From the sequence record MN850630.1: 64,000 bases of DNA. One strand, written 5' to 3'. The stretch's first letter is position 1, and each line of letters starts with the position of its first letter. The notes under the pieces are model-generated. The model did no database searches, was not told the origin of the DNA, and saw only the letters and a list, made by a program, of their open reading frames with translations. The DNA is from Escherichia phage naam. This document shows positions 20,501 to 28,948 of the stretch, piece after piece. Made by a program: the position numbers and the translations under genes.

Positions 20501-23175
20501 CTGCACTGAGATCAAACATGGATGGGACATCCATGTCCATGCAAATTCCGGTAACAAACGGATACAAACGTGTTGTGATGATCATTAAGTGCGACCTGAT
20601 AGGTAAACAAGTTCTTGCAGAAAACGGGACATCCACACATCCTTTTGAGATCGCTCTGCACTATCAGTTTGCTGACTCACCTTTTGCAGGGGATAAGAGA
20701 ATATCTGATACAGACGCACAGCGTTGTAAGAAAGTCTTGTTGGGTGCAGGTTGGTGGTGGTATGAGTTTGATTTAACAGACAAATTCACCGACACGTCTA
20801 AAGTTGTAACAGGACTTCGTCTAGACCTTGGCGAGAACATGCACAAAGCTGTTTGTGATGGCACCTATGGTGACCCTACAATATACCTAAAATATGTTTC
20901 TTTTGAGCATCCGGAAGATGTTGTCTACGGTCCAAAACTGAGATTGTTTGGCAGCTGGATTGCAAAAGATAGGGTAGGCATGGGTAAGAAGGTAAGAGGG
21001 TTCTTGGTTGATGCAGGAACAGAAGACATGCTGGTTAATGCAGTATGGCCTGAATTACCTGGGACTCAGTGGGACAACTCAGCCAAATCTATAAACTGGT
21101 TTAACATTCATAGGGCCATGTGGACCACTAACTGCTACTTGTGGAGAGAGCTTAACGATCAGGCCTTTGGATTCAGCGATGGTAGAAGGATGGCGATCAT
21201 TTGCTGGACAACACTGCAAAGATGTTATGACCATGACTATGAGATTGGGGGCAGGGCATGGAAAAATATCAGGGATAGAATCATAACCAATTTTGCAGAC
21301 GACAACGGTGGTGGAGCACATAACTTTGGCACAAGCCGACTCATCCATTTGAACGGATCCTCAGCCTACAAGAAAGAAGGTTACTCTGGGTCTATGATCG
21401 AGTGGGGTCTGGTGAAAGATGCTCGCGTATTGATGGGCCAGCAACTTGCTGCCGCAATAGGTCCCAGCGCAGTGCAGTCGGTTAAACCAGCGTGGTTCGA
21501 TATTCCATTGTGGTCACCCGGAACACCGGGAACTGCTGCAATCAACCCTACCACTGGGGATCTAGAAATCTCCTGGGAGGACTTGAAGCAGGTCGGCGGT
21601 TGGGACAAAACAGGGTACCAGGTTCAGTGGTGGAGAGCTGATGGATCTTTAGCTGCTGATGAGTTTGTTAAGGACAATTTCTACACTATGTCCTCTGCAA
21701 AAGCACAGCAATTATTTGGTCAGGCAACTCCGTCAACGATCACCATGTCTATGTGCTGTAAAGACAACAGGACTGGAGCTTTGGGGCCAAGGGTTGCTAA
21801 AGTTTTCTCAGGTATTAAATGGAATCTACCTGTCCAAAGTATTTCATGGAAGCAAATAGGTGATAACAAGCTGCTGGTTACCCCTGCCTGTCAGTTCAAC
21901 GCAACTCTTAACGTTGATCCTGCTGTTGCGGCAAACTCAGCTAAAGCTTCTGACTTCTCTGTGTCTAACACTGCTATGGCAGATGTGAGGAAGATTGACA
22001 CGCTGAACGCCAGAATTACCTGTAAAAACACTTATGGCACATTCCAGATCATCAACAACTTCACAGATGCTGATTCTAAGGTAGTGAGGACAGCAAGCCA
22101 GACTTTGAGTTTAGGAACTCTGGCCTATGCGGCCCTGATCACTGAACAGTCGGCAACACTCCAAGGAGGTGGTGTAGGCAAGTCCATTACAACACCTGTG
22201 TGGAAGCCAAATGAGTGGGTTGTGTTTGATTTGACTGTGGACTTCTCCAGCGATAATAACTGGACATGGGTAAGGAATTGTTTGTCACAGTTGATGGGCG
22301 GTCCAAGCTCCGTTAGTGATAGTCACGACTCTACTGACCCGAGTGTGTTCCAGGTAGGTAAAACTCACCCAGAGACTGGAGAAACGTTGCCTGACAGGAA
22401 GTATGCTTTGGTTTGCATCTCTTACGGGAAGGCAGATGTCACCTTCTCAGGGACACACACTTATAACGGAACCTACAACTTCTCAAGGAAGTATAGTCTC
22501 AAAGCAGGGAACATTATAGACGAGGTTGGTGTGCTGTATAATCCGGGCAACGGCATAGGGATTGTGGGTGGTAAACTGCAGATGCAGGAACCTTCTATTA
22601 CCCCTTCCAACGTATCCGGGATTAGAAAGACTTGGGAAAGTAGTAATACCAACATTGCAACAGTGGATGCCACCACAGGACTGGTAACATTTAAAGCTAT
22701 TGGGAATGTCACCATAAAGTTTGTAGTTACAGATGATGCAGGGCGCAAAACGTCTTCAACATCTTTTACTGTCAAACAGATGGCACCACAGTGGAGAATG
22801 TGGATAGGTACAGCAACAAACGGGGCATACCCTAATCCGGCAGGTACTTCTGGTATGAAGACTTTCTCTACAAGCAAACCGATGGAGTACGGCAGCGGTC
22901 CTAAGGTAGGGCAGATGGTGTACTTTGGTGCGTATATTCCTGAAATTATAGGGCTTCCTAGAAGTCAGCTTCAGTTGCTGTTTGGGGCTGGTGTTGACGA
23001 TCTTGCCACTTTCGGGTATAGCGACAACATCGAGGCTGCAAGGAGTTCAGGATGGGTAGGGTTCAGAATGGAGTCTGGAAAGGAAGGCAGGATTCTAGGG
23101 ACAGCCTCTATAGGTGTTATGTTCCCTGGTGACCAGCAGTATCGTCTAGAAGCCTACGCAACCTTTTCTCGTTAA
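17539..23175 (+). CDS. Giant (1878 aa) putative virion host-recognition protein with Big_2-like Ig domain near the C-terminus
   Basis: Single uninterrupted ORF; segment ITPSNVSGIRKTWESSNTNIATVDATTGLVTFKAIGNVTIKFVVTDDAGRKT resembles bacterial Ig-like group 2 domains; ends at a bidirectional terminator. Confidence 0.65.
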   Translation: MLPIPLLKLGRHFLDKRGGIKELAVLSYPIDNSDGTSNTVSYVNSLAILFDDGQLNITGYNRFGECRTGDLDTINYPNEAAWNVDHVWRADRAFVIRTFDNKFFYIGCTAGLIGSEAAGGNDVCVREWTPLPEQIVTGLHLDTHPERLVEVMGGVNNTVWVIAAPEADGMLHLYGSGNNTYGSLHVDKSQHATPVKIGETSESPETGPWKNPRINCEVHDNSVIFGGPNGFWIAGYDFLRNNSKNTLVYPAEHVTLDQFKGIPVGETWKGFMCGPNGAIIATERMHKPDDQQLVNVFYGQDVWGDDTWRSLNITYTHEVIMARGYGTSGIFFNNGTKQYRGFSRNLCNDIGAQSANNSPRANFIHYQALATAKYVEQRMPVSWTESVYFQGIHREGFLGTFCVVNGKLWWSGIPRGSFSGSNNLFGGRLNSQGFTEIPENWYKNVPVDSWGIEDIFDVNGVSNVSNIYIGDTVKMKLKPQPEGATFIIDKIELVNAAGTVVTDANYQFSTNWNHGGANEVVVTQYNRNINRRGLYSIKITYHDKHGTGRTYTTRTLNWNTIVPAYPSNGKWHTVGRNKQFHVNDTVYFGLNGTQPAVEGDTSYMVRLHRMDAGSVTYDVTQEIYDQRRATYDNIVKTQALWEFNPNGKGGKMLQVNEQNGTSLTVHEHPDPWPDPGKPHPGARTLKIVSHDAGYFGIRWEATVRYVDGTTNNIGITLGGTSEDNSLKIAYTPRGISIDNMDVVRNGYGDVNVKVTLGEHLGGERIIMYAFDHDPRTNGTYANQAWSYLINAPEPNTKEFYYGMKRDVCKKTGTHDWIAICVKDERTAWDEPVNRWFIGIPTRSDKYVAEYIVCMGGTNLNMCWNEDANKYSDYDYMRDYSCNLWFNQTTGYPPRQARVNPAIFTDTQVFLTKQANEVQTFKNKYDPNKWFYNCYGAFFWGPGELPGGGSCLNEATYASDYIMGQVKKYKIIPGPETLGNAVDPYIIMTALRSNMDGTSMSMQIPVTNGYKRVVMIIKCDLIGKQVLAENGTSTHPFEIALHYQFADSPFAGDKRISDTDAQRCKKVLLGAGWWWYEFDLTDKFTDTSKVVTGLRLDLGENMHKAVCDGTYGDPTIYLKYVSFEHPEDVVYGPKLRLFGSWIAKDRVGMGKKVRGFLVDAGTEDMLVNAVWPELPGTQWDNSAKSINWFNIHRAMWTTNCYLWRELNDQAFGFSDGRRMAIICWTTLQRCYDHDYEIGGRAWKNIRDRIITNFADDNGGGAHNFGTSRLIHLNGSSAYKKEGYSGSMIEWGLVKDARVLMGQQLAAAIGPSAVQSVKPAWFDIPLWSPGTPGTAAINPTTGDLEISWEDLKQVGGWDKTGYQVQWWRADGSLAADEFVKDNFYTMSSAKAQQLFGQATPSTITMSMCCKDNRTGALGPRVAKVFSGIKWNLPVQSISWKQIGDNKLLVTPACQFNATLNVDPAVAANSAKASDFSVSNTAMADVRKIDTLNARITCKNTYGTFQIINNFTDADSKVVRTASQTLSLGTLAYAALITEQSATLQGGGVGKSITTPVWKPNEWVVFDLTVDFSSDNNWTWVRNCLSQLMGGPSSVSDSHDSTDPSVFQVGKTHPETGETLPDRKYALVCISYGKADVTFSGTHTYNGTYNFSRKYSLKAGNIIDEVGVLYNPGNGIGIVGGKLQMQEPSITPSNVSGIRKTWESSNTNIATVDATTGLVTFKAIGNVTIKFVVTDDAGRKTSSTSFTVKQMAPQWRMWIGTATNGAYPNPAGTSGMKTFSTSKPMEYGSGPKVGQMVYFGAYIPEIIGLPRSQLQLLFGAGVDDLATFGYSDNIEAARSSGWVGFRMESGKEGRILGTASIGVMFPGDQQYRLEAYATFSR

Positions 23176-23184
23176 CAAGGGGGT

Positions 23185-23219
23185 AAATAAAAAAGGGGCC
23201 GTTTGGCCCCTTTCTTTTT
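23185..23219. terminator. Bidirectional intrinsic terminator between convergent gene blocks
   Basis: A-tract, ggggcc-gttt-ggcccc hairpin, T-tract; sits between the + strand giant gene and the first - strand gene. Confidence 0.85.
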
Positions 23220-23223
23220 ATAG

Positions 23224-23424
23224 TTAGTAATACTCCCAACATGCCCCATCTTCAGACGGCTTGACGCGCTTACCTTTATGGTCAACATAGGTATAGCCAC
23301 AACCTTCACAAATAACAGGTGCTGCATAGCCTTCCTTCCACTGATCCTCAGTGATCAGACCTTCCAAATCTTTGCAGTCAAAGCCAAACAACTCTTCAGA
23401 GCAATCTTTACAAAAATCAGCCAT
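23224..23424 (-). CDS. Small zinc-ribbon protein
   Basis: 66 aa with CxxC...CxGC cysteine pairs. Confidence 0.55.
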   Translation of the reverse strand: MADFCKDCSEELFGFDCKDLEGLITEDQWKEGYAAPVICEGCGYTYVDHKGKRVKPSEDGACWEYY

Positions 23425-23427
23425 TTC

Positions 23428-23835
23428 TCAGTCCTCGCATTTAACAAATTTTTCTACAGATCCACCAAGCACAGCTTGTTGTTTGATGGCACTTTCTTCA
23501 TCATAGTGGATAGACTTATGTTCCGTACCTCCAAACTTACCTGTGTGGAAGGTGTGCACCCAAATCTCTTTAGGAAGGGATTTATTCTCTTCTTCCACCA
23601 ACTCCCACATTCCCCATAAGTGATCTGTGATATCTCTGATGAAATATCCCTCGCCGAGGTTTGTATTCACACTATAAGCTGATTCGTGATCTCCACAAAT
23701 ATAACGGAAGGCGGTGTACTCTTTCCCTGGCGTGAAGTGGGTATCCATTAGTATGGCTGTTAAAGAATTAGGGTCTCGAAAGCCCAAGAACTTTAGTTTA
23801 ACAATTTCGACATTTACATCTGCAAGATTATCCAT
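23428..23835 (-). CDS. Hypothetical protein with weak metallophosphoesterase-like motifs (D-x-H, GDHE)
   Basis: Track start TTG 23892 lies inside the promoter; internal ATG at 23835 has RBS agaggag and is 20-30 nt downstream of the -10. Confidence 0.5.
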   Translation of the reverse strand: MDNLADVNVEIVKLKFLGFRDPNSLTAILMDTHFTPGKEYTAFRYICGDHESAYSVNTNLGEGYFIRDITDHLWGMWELVEEENKSLPKEIWVHTFHTGKFGGTEHKSIHYDEESAIKQQAVLGGSVEKFVKCED

Positions 23836-23863
23836 GACGATCTCCTCTGTTTGGTTGGTGAGA

Positions 23864-23892
23864 ATTATATATAGATCTGGTGGTGGTGTCAA
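23864..23892 (-). promoter_or_regulatory. Consensus sigma70 promoter on the minus strand (TTGACA-17-TATAAT)
   Basis: Minus-strand reading aagcTTGACAccaccaccagatctataTATAATtctc. Confidence 0.7.
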
Positions 23893-23996
23893 GCTTAATT
23901 TTAAGAGATCTGAGAGGGTATTTTATTCAGGAAGGCAATCGCACAGGGTGGAGAAATTTATGAAGGCACAGGCCTCGTTTGAGGCCTTAAATTCTA

Positions 23997-24377
23997 TTAT
24001 GACACTTTGACATAGCGCTCTGACAAAGCTGGGAAGCCAAAAGTAGTGCCTATACTACCATAGGCTATCCACCATTGGAGTTCATCGTGACACCATTTTC
24101 CGATCAGGAAGGTGCTGGGATAGCGGGTCAGTATTTTGGCATAAGCTTTAGGATCTGCATCTTCTGGGATAATGATGCTTGGAATATCTTTGTTATGACC
24201 ACAGCAGCAGTTTAGCGTTTTCAAACCTGCTGCCCACAAACTCATGATAGGCTTAGCCATACACTTATCAAGGCACACACGTTTTTTGCCGTCACGAAGA
24301 TTTTTAGGCACATCAACGATAACATTTGGATGCTTGGCACCTTTCACTTTCCAATTATAGGATTTACACTTGCACAT
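23997..24377 (-). CDS. Hypothetical Cys-rich protein
   Basis: 126 aa with CKCK, CLDKC, NCCCGHN and WCHDE clusters; putative metal binding. Confidence 0.5.
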   Translation of the reverse strand: MCKCKSYNWKVKGAKHPNVIVDVPKNLRDGKKRVCLDKCMAKPIMSLWAAGLKTLNCCCGHNKDIPSIIIPEDADPKAYAKILTRYPSTFLIGKWCHDELQWWIAYGSIGTTFGFPALSERYVKVS

Positions 24378-24427
24378 TTAATCAGTCTCCGTCTAGAAAG
24401 CCGCACTATACGTTTTTGAGGTATACT

Positions 24428-24598
24428 TTACTTAAAGTCTTTATCACCTGCCACGATTGCATGAATCCACTCATTGTGATGCTCAATAGCGGTGAGATGT
24501 AACATGATGTAGTGATCGTCATTGCCAAACATGATATGATAGGCTTTGGCAGCATTTTGATATAACTTCCACATCAGGTAATGATATCTTCGCCTCAT
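24428..24598 (-). CDS. Hypothetical small protein (56 aa)
   Basis: Not in the ORF track (under 60 aa); ATG with RBS ggag inside the end of the upstream gene; fills an otherwise empty gap. Confidence 0.3.
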   Translation of the reverse strand: MRRRYHYLMWKLYQNAAKAYHIMFGNDDHYIMLHLTAIEHHNEWIHAIVAGDKDFK

Positions 24599-24603
24599 GG
24601 CTC

Positions 24604-25074
24604 TTACTCCGGTTCAGGATCTGGGTAATCTTCAATAATAAAGGGCCATCCGTTCCGCTTAGCCTCAGACTTATACTCAATCTCCTTCATTGCAAACTCT
24701 AACTGATTCTTAGCCGGAATACATGCCGGAGAATCATCAATCCAGATATCTGGGTAGATATCAAACTGCGCCAGGTAGGCTGCCTTCTGAACACCACCTG
24801 TGTAGAACACACCAACATCGAGCTCCTTGCGCCAATACTCAATGTCTACATTGTCTTGAGTAATGAATCGGAAAGTCACAAGGTAGACTGTCCACCCCTC
24901 CTTCTTCAGATCCCTGATCAGGCTGGAGAAGATGAAAGGGCTCGCATTAAACGTTCCATCAAAGTCGATGGCAATGATGTGCGTGCCGTGGCGAGTCTCA
25001 TATGGATTGCTCGTGGTAAGATTGCTGTAATTAAAAGGGACTTCTTCCCCGCAGTAGCTGTAGTCCATATTCAC
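24604..25074 (-). CDS. HAD-superfamily phosphatase-like protein (possible nucleotidase)
   Basis: HAD motif I IAIDFDGTF near the N-terminus and a later WIDDSP motif. Confidence 0.6.
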   Translation of the reverse strand: MNMDYSYCGEEVPFNYSNLTTSNPYETRHGTHIIAIDFDGTFNASPFIFSSLIRDLKKEGWTVYLVTFRFITQDNVDIEYWRKELDVGVFYTGGVQKAAYLAQFDIYPDIWIDDSPACIPAKNQLEFAMKEIEYKSEAKRNGWPFIIEDYPDPEPE

Positions 25075-25346
25075 ACCTTCTCGTTGATAAATTTACGGGC
25101 GGTTTGGTGAGTTGTTTCTGCTGTCTTCAGAATGATATTAATTTTATCGTCAAGATCATTCATCTCGGCAGTTAATTCAGGAATCTCTCCGGCATGCATG
25201 GTGAAATCATACATAGACATGCCCAAGATCTCATTGATGCGGCGGTTGCATTCTGCAGCACGCTGGTTCATTTTCCAAGCTAACACCAAAGCCTCCTGCG
25301 TAGCCTCTAGTGCAAAATCTAATACGTCGGCCTCTTCTTTCGTCAT
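25071..25346 (-). CDS. Hypothetical protein
   Basis: 91 aa ORF, start overlaps the downstream gene (ATGA coupling). Confidence 0.5.
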   Translation of the reverse strand: MTKEEADVLDFALEATQEALVLAWKMNQRAAECNRRINEILGMSMYDFTMHAGEIPELTAEMNDLDDKINIILKTAETTHQTARKFINEKV

Positions 25347-25403
25347 CTCAGTCTCTCCTGTTGTATTGTTGGTAGGTGTATGAACACCTTATAACTCACC
25401 TTT

Positions 25404-25970
25404 TTATTCAAACTGCAACAGTAAGTCCACCACCGCGCTAGGTCTGTCAACAAATTCCCCAGGTCCACATGCCCACAGAGGGTATCCGTCTACATACCGC
25501 CAAATCCAACCTGCAGTGTGGAGTTCGAGCAGGGCAGTACCGTCCTTGCTGTCAACCACTCTTTCCCACAGTGTTGGGCAGCGAAGCTTGAGAATCGGAT
25601 CACCTCCCTTATACCCGTCCATGTAGATACCCATTGCAAAGTTCAGCATCATCTTTTTGTGCACTGATCTCTTACTGAGGGTGCTCATCACTTCCTCTTT
25701 GTGAATGTTTGTAAGCTTCTCTTTGGCTACCCGCAGATCGTTGCAACCATTGTTCAGCAGATCTTCCAAACACTTAATCCGAAGGTCGTGAATGTCTTTG
25801 TCGTGTACCGTTGGCACAGGGTCGTAGCGGTATAGCACTGTTGATACAAGGTTGCTCGGGTGCGGGTCTGACAGCAACCCATAGCCCCAATACTCTTCTG
25901 TATCTGAAAGGACAAGACACCCAATGTCTCTGTCAAGCTTTCCTGTGTTGTAAGCCACATTGACCGCCAT
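25404..25970 (-). CDS. Hypothetical protein
   Basis: 188 aa ORF in the minus-strand cassette. Confidence 0.55.
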   Translation of the reverse strand: MAVNVAYNTGKLDRDIGCLVLSDTEEYWGYGLLSDPHPSNLVSTVLYRYDPVPTVHDKDIHDLRIKCLEDLLNNGCNDLRVAKEKLTNIHKEEVMSTLSKRSVHKKMMLNFAMGIYMDGYKGGDPILKLRCPTLWERVVDSKDGTALLELHTAGWIWRYVDGYPLWACGPGEFVDRPSAVVDLLLQFE

Positions 25971-25972
25971 GA

Positions 25973-26218
25973 CTATAGCTCCACTAGCAAAGTGCTTTCA
26001 AAGTGCCGTTCATGCAGACCGTTGTAAGTGACCACCTCCACAACGCCATCACGGACATATGGAGCCATCATAGTGGTATAATCCCCAAACGGGTTGGTAT
26101 TGTCACTAACCACAACCACCTTCTGCCCTTCCTTGGCAGAGTGCCAAATAGATCTGCACTTCATCAGGTGTTCGAGGGCTCCAGGTAAAATTTTGTTACG
26201 TTCTTTACGGGTCTTCAT
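25973..26218 (-). CDS. Hypothetical protein
   Basis: 81 aa ORF, tightly packed. Confidence 0.5.
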   Translation of the reverse strand: MKTRKERNKILPGALEHLMKCRSIWHSAKEGQKVVVVSDNTNPFGDYTTMMAPYVRDGVVEVVTYNGLHERHFESTLLVEL

Positions 26219-26664
26219 AACAGGTATAGCTCCTTATGAAAGTGATCTTTTAATTTCTCACTGAGAAACTTCTTGATACCTTCCTCTAAAGTGTTTTCGA
26301 TGTAGTCCAGCTTAACTGCTTCGATGGACATATCATAGATCGCCAGCTCTAAGCTGTCAAGTCCCATCATAGCATGAACCATAAGATTTTCATCTTCAGA
26401 TACATTCAGGGGACTTCCTATAACATCTGGAGGCAGAATAGTTTCCCAATTATTCTGGGTGGTAGTTCTCCCTCCCTCTACTTTACGGCGCAGTTCGAAT
26501 GTGTTCTTAGTGTAGAACACTTCATAAGAAACGATACGACTGTCACTCTCGTAATAAACGAAGTTCAGGTAGGAGCCTAGCCGCAGTCGGCAAACTTCTA
26601 CCCCAAACCATTGTTTCTTATAAGAATTCAGGCTAATGCTGTCGCATTCACGTTTGCTCAACAC
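26215..26664 (-). CDS. Hypothetical protein
   Basis: 149 aa ORF, ATGA-type overlap with the downstream gene. Confidence 0.55.
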   Translation of the reverse strand: MLSKRECDSISLNSYKKQWFGVEVCRLRLGSYLNFVYYESDSRIVSYEVFYTKNTFELRRKVEGGRTTTQNNWETILPPDVIGSPLNVSEDENLMVHAMMGLDSLELAIYDMSIEAVKLDYIENTLEEGIKKFLSEKLKDHFHKELYLL

Positions 26665-26680
26665 GGCTCTCTCCTTTTTG

Positions 26681-26917
26681 TTAATCTTCGTAAATCAGGA
26701 TTTCTGCTTTAGGTTTTCGTGCTTTCATGTCCAGCTCTATCCAGTGCACCATAGCTGTTTCAAGAAAAACAGCCTGGATGCATCCGTCCTCAGCAGCGTG
26801 CCCTAGCAGCATGACAAGATCTTCTCCTTCGTCATCTGCATCACGAACATACAGAATCTCTCCAGGTTCAAAATCTTTCACAATCTGATTGTTGGATAAT
26901 TTACGAATTTTTGCCAT
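26681..26917 (-). CDS. Hypothetical protein
   Basis: 78 aa ORF. Confidence 0.5.
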   Translation of the reverse strand: MAKIRKLSNNQIVKDFEPGEILYVRDADDEGEDLVMLLGHAAEDGCIQAVFLETAMVHWIELDMKARKPKAEILIYED

Positions 26918-26918
26918 A

Positions 26919-27182
26919 TCAGAAACCCTCTAAAAAGCTCTTGTAGAAAACAATCTCAGTATCAACACCAGTCACAATCTTGTCGTTCCTGATTTCATCG
27001 GTAAGATAGGTATCAAAACGCAGAACCTGGGTCGTGTTGTCACACATCCACTCAGCTGTGACCATTGCGAAAATCTTAGCATCTTCATTATCTGGTGTGA
27101 ATGTTACCACCTCACCGCATTTAAACTTTTCAATAGGTTGCGTATTAGCTTTCGGTTCTGCAATAGTAATTTTCGTGGTCAT
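26919..27182 (-). CDS. Hypothetical protein
   Basis: 87 aa ORF. Confidence 0.5.
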   Translation of the reverse strand: MTTKITIAEPKANTQPIEKFKCGEVVTFTPDNEDAKIFAMVTAEWMCDNTTQVLRFDTYLTDEIRNDKIVTGVDTEIVFYKSFLEGF

Positions 27183-27448
27183 TACTCTTCCTCCATAGTT
27201 TCACCAAATACTTCGATACAGGCATCGAGCTCGGTTGCTTTCAGCTCCCCAACAAAATCTTTCAGTTCTTTCTCGTCCAGATCGTAAGCCCACACACAAG
27301 AAGAACATGCAGATTTCACAATCAGCAGCGTAGATACACGACCTGACTCTGTGATCATGCTCACAATGGTTCCTACAGGGAACGTGTTGATAGCTTTTTT
27401 AACTGGGCGTTCAGCTTTGATTACTACCTCTGTTGCCATAAATAACAT
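27182..27448 (-). CDS. Hypothetical protein
   Basis: 88 aa ORF, start overlaps the downstream stop. Confidence 0.5.
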   Translation of the reverse strand: MLFMATEVVIKAERPVKKAINTFPVGTIVSMITESGRVSTLLIVKSACSSCVWAYDLDEKELKDFVGELKATELDACIEVFGETMEEE

Positions 27449-27454
27449 CCTCTC

Positions 27455-28936
27455 TCACTTGGCGTACTCGATTAATTCTACAGTTTTCCCAAAGCTCGGG
27501 ATATAATTTTTATTATACCCCTCGGTGAGAACCCATAAAGTATCGTACTTTTTCCACTTGTTGTCAACAGCCTTTTGTTCAAAGTTATGCTCAAAGTATA
27601 GGTCGGTCAGGACGATGACATCTTTTGCATTCGGTATGTTGGCATCCAGATACTCAAACACACAAGCAGCTGTTGTGCCCCATGTTGAGTGGACCTCATA
27701 GTTGATCATCTCGTCTATGTTGCCGCGAGTGTATACTTTAACCTCTCCAACCTCAGTTGACCAACAGAACATTGTAACCTTAAACTCTTTATACAGATTG
27801 CACAATCCGGTGATTTCATTGAACATTTTCTTTAAAGTTCTTTGAGAGATCGAGCCAGAAACGTCTAAAGCCACCACAATATCTATGGTGTTTTCCGGAT
27901 TACGACCAGGAACAATAACGTGCTGGTTCTTGTTTATAGCCCCAACTTTTCGCATTGTGCTGGTCAAAGAACCAGATCGGCGACCAGGTTTTCTGTAGGT
28001 CAGTTCAGCCTTTCGTTTAGACAACATGCGTTGCTTAATAATGTCTATATAGTTGATTACAGGCTTGCCTCTGTTCTTGACGAACTCACGCACCGCCTCA
28101 GGGCAACGACCTCCGGAAGCTTGCATTGCTGCCTCCAGCATGTCACCAGAGTCCTGCATGGCCTGATCTTTATCAGATTGGCTGATTACAGGTTGTGGCT
28201 GATCATACCCCATAGCCTTTCCAAGATCATCACTGGTGCCACCGTTCCCACTCATGTGATCATCGGTTTGTCGCTTATCCCCTTGAGAGTTCTCACCTTT
28301 ACCGCTCTTACTTTTACCGTTATTCTGATCTCTTTGCTTATCAAGAACTGCATAGACGTTCTCAGCAATCCATCCATGAAACTTCATGTCGCAGTAGCAG
28401 CTGGCTAAGAAGCCAAAAGGCTTACCTTTTACGAACGTAGTGCTTTTCCCCTTCGGGAAGAAAACACAAGGGGGCTTACTAAAGTCAACCACAAGACCTG
28501 TGTTGATAACGTGATCACAAGCAATATTGAACAGTTCTGGCTCAAAACTTTTACCACGGACCAGGTGATCACAGATAATATGCCCCACCTCATGTGACAG
28601 AAGAAAGGCCACCTCCTTCACAGATTTGGGGGAATAGAAAACCTCAGCCATCCCAAACTGTTCGTCAGTTAGAGAAGCCTTAAGAATAGCCCTGCGTTCA
28701 TCAGCCAATCCCATAATGAACTCAGGACTGTAATAGATGCGTTTATGGTCGGTTGCCATGGTAGAGCACCATGTGTGGTTTTCTACGAACTGCAACCCTG
28801 ACAGTAGCGTGCCATAAAACGGCAGCTTTTCAAGGAGATACATACGTGCAGCCTGCAACATTCTCAGGGCATCATCTTTCTGTGAGGCAATGATTTCTGA
28901 ACTTCTGCTATCCATTAAAACTCCAGAAGGGGCCAT
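27455..28936 (-). CDS. vWA-domain protein with N-terminal HExxH metallopeptidase-like domain (partner type of MoxR-class AAA+ ATPases)
   Basis: HEVGHIICDH zinc-peptidase-like motif in the N-terminal third; MIDAS-like VVALDVSGSIS in the C-terminal third. Confidence 0.7.
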   Translation of the reverse strand: MAPSGVLMDSRSSEIIASQKDDALRMLQAARMYLLEKLPFYGTLLSGLQFVENHTWCSTMATDHKRIYYSPEFIMGLADERRAILKASLTDEQFGMAEVFYSPKSVKEVAFLLSHEVGHIICDHLVRGKSFEPELFNIACDHVINTGLVVDFSKPPCVFFPKGKSTTFVKGKPFGFLASCYCDMKFHGWIAENVYAVLDKQRDQNNGKSKSGKGENSQGDKRQTDDHMSGNGGTSDDLGKAMGYDQPQPVISQSDKDQAMQDSGDMLEAAMQASGGRCPEAVREFVKNRGKPVINYIDIIKQRMLSKRKAELTYRKPGRRSGSLTSTMRKVGAINKNQHVIVPGRNPENTIDIVVALDVSGSISQRTLKKMFNEITGLCNLYKEFKVTMFCWSTEVGEVKVYTRGNIDEMINYEVHSTWGTTAACVFEYLDANIPNAKDVIVLTDLYFEHNFEQKAVDNKWKKYDTLWVLTEGYNKNYIPSFGKTVELIEYAK

Positions 28937-28948
28937 TGGCCCCTGTCA

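Noticed and set aside
23714-24010. 98-aa plus-strand ORF in the minus-strand cassette
   Set aside because: Overlaps the 5' end of the minus-strand gene 23428-23835 and its promoter and has no RBS; the minus-strand promoter and genes explain the region better.
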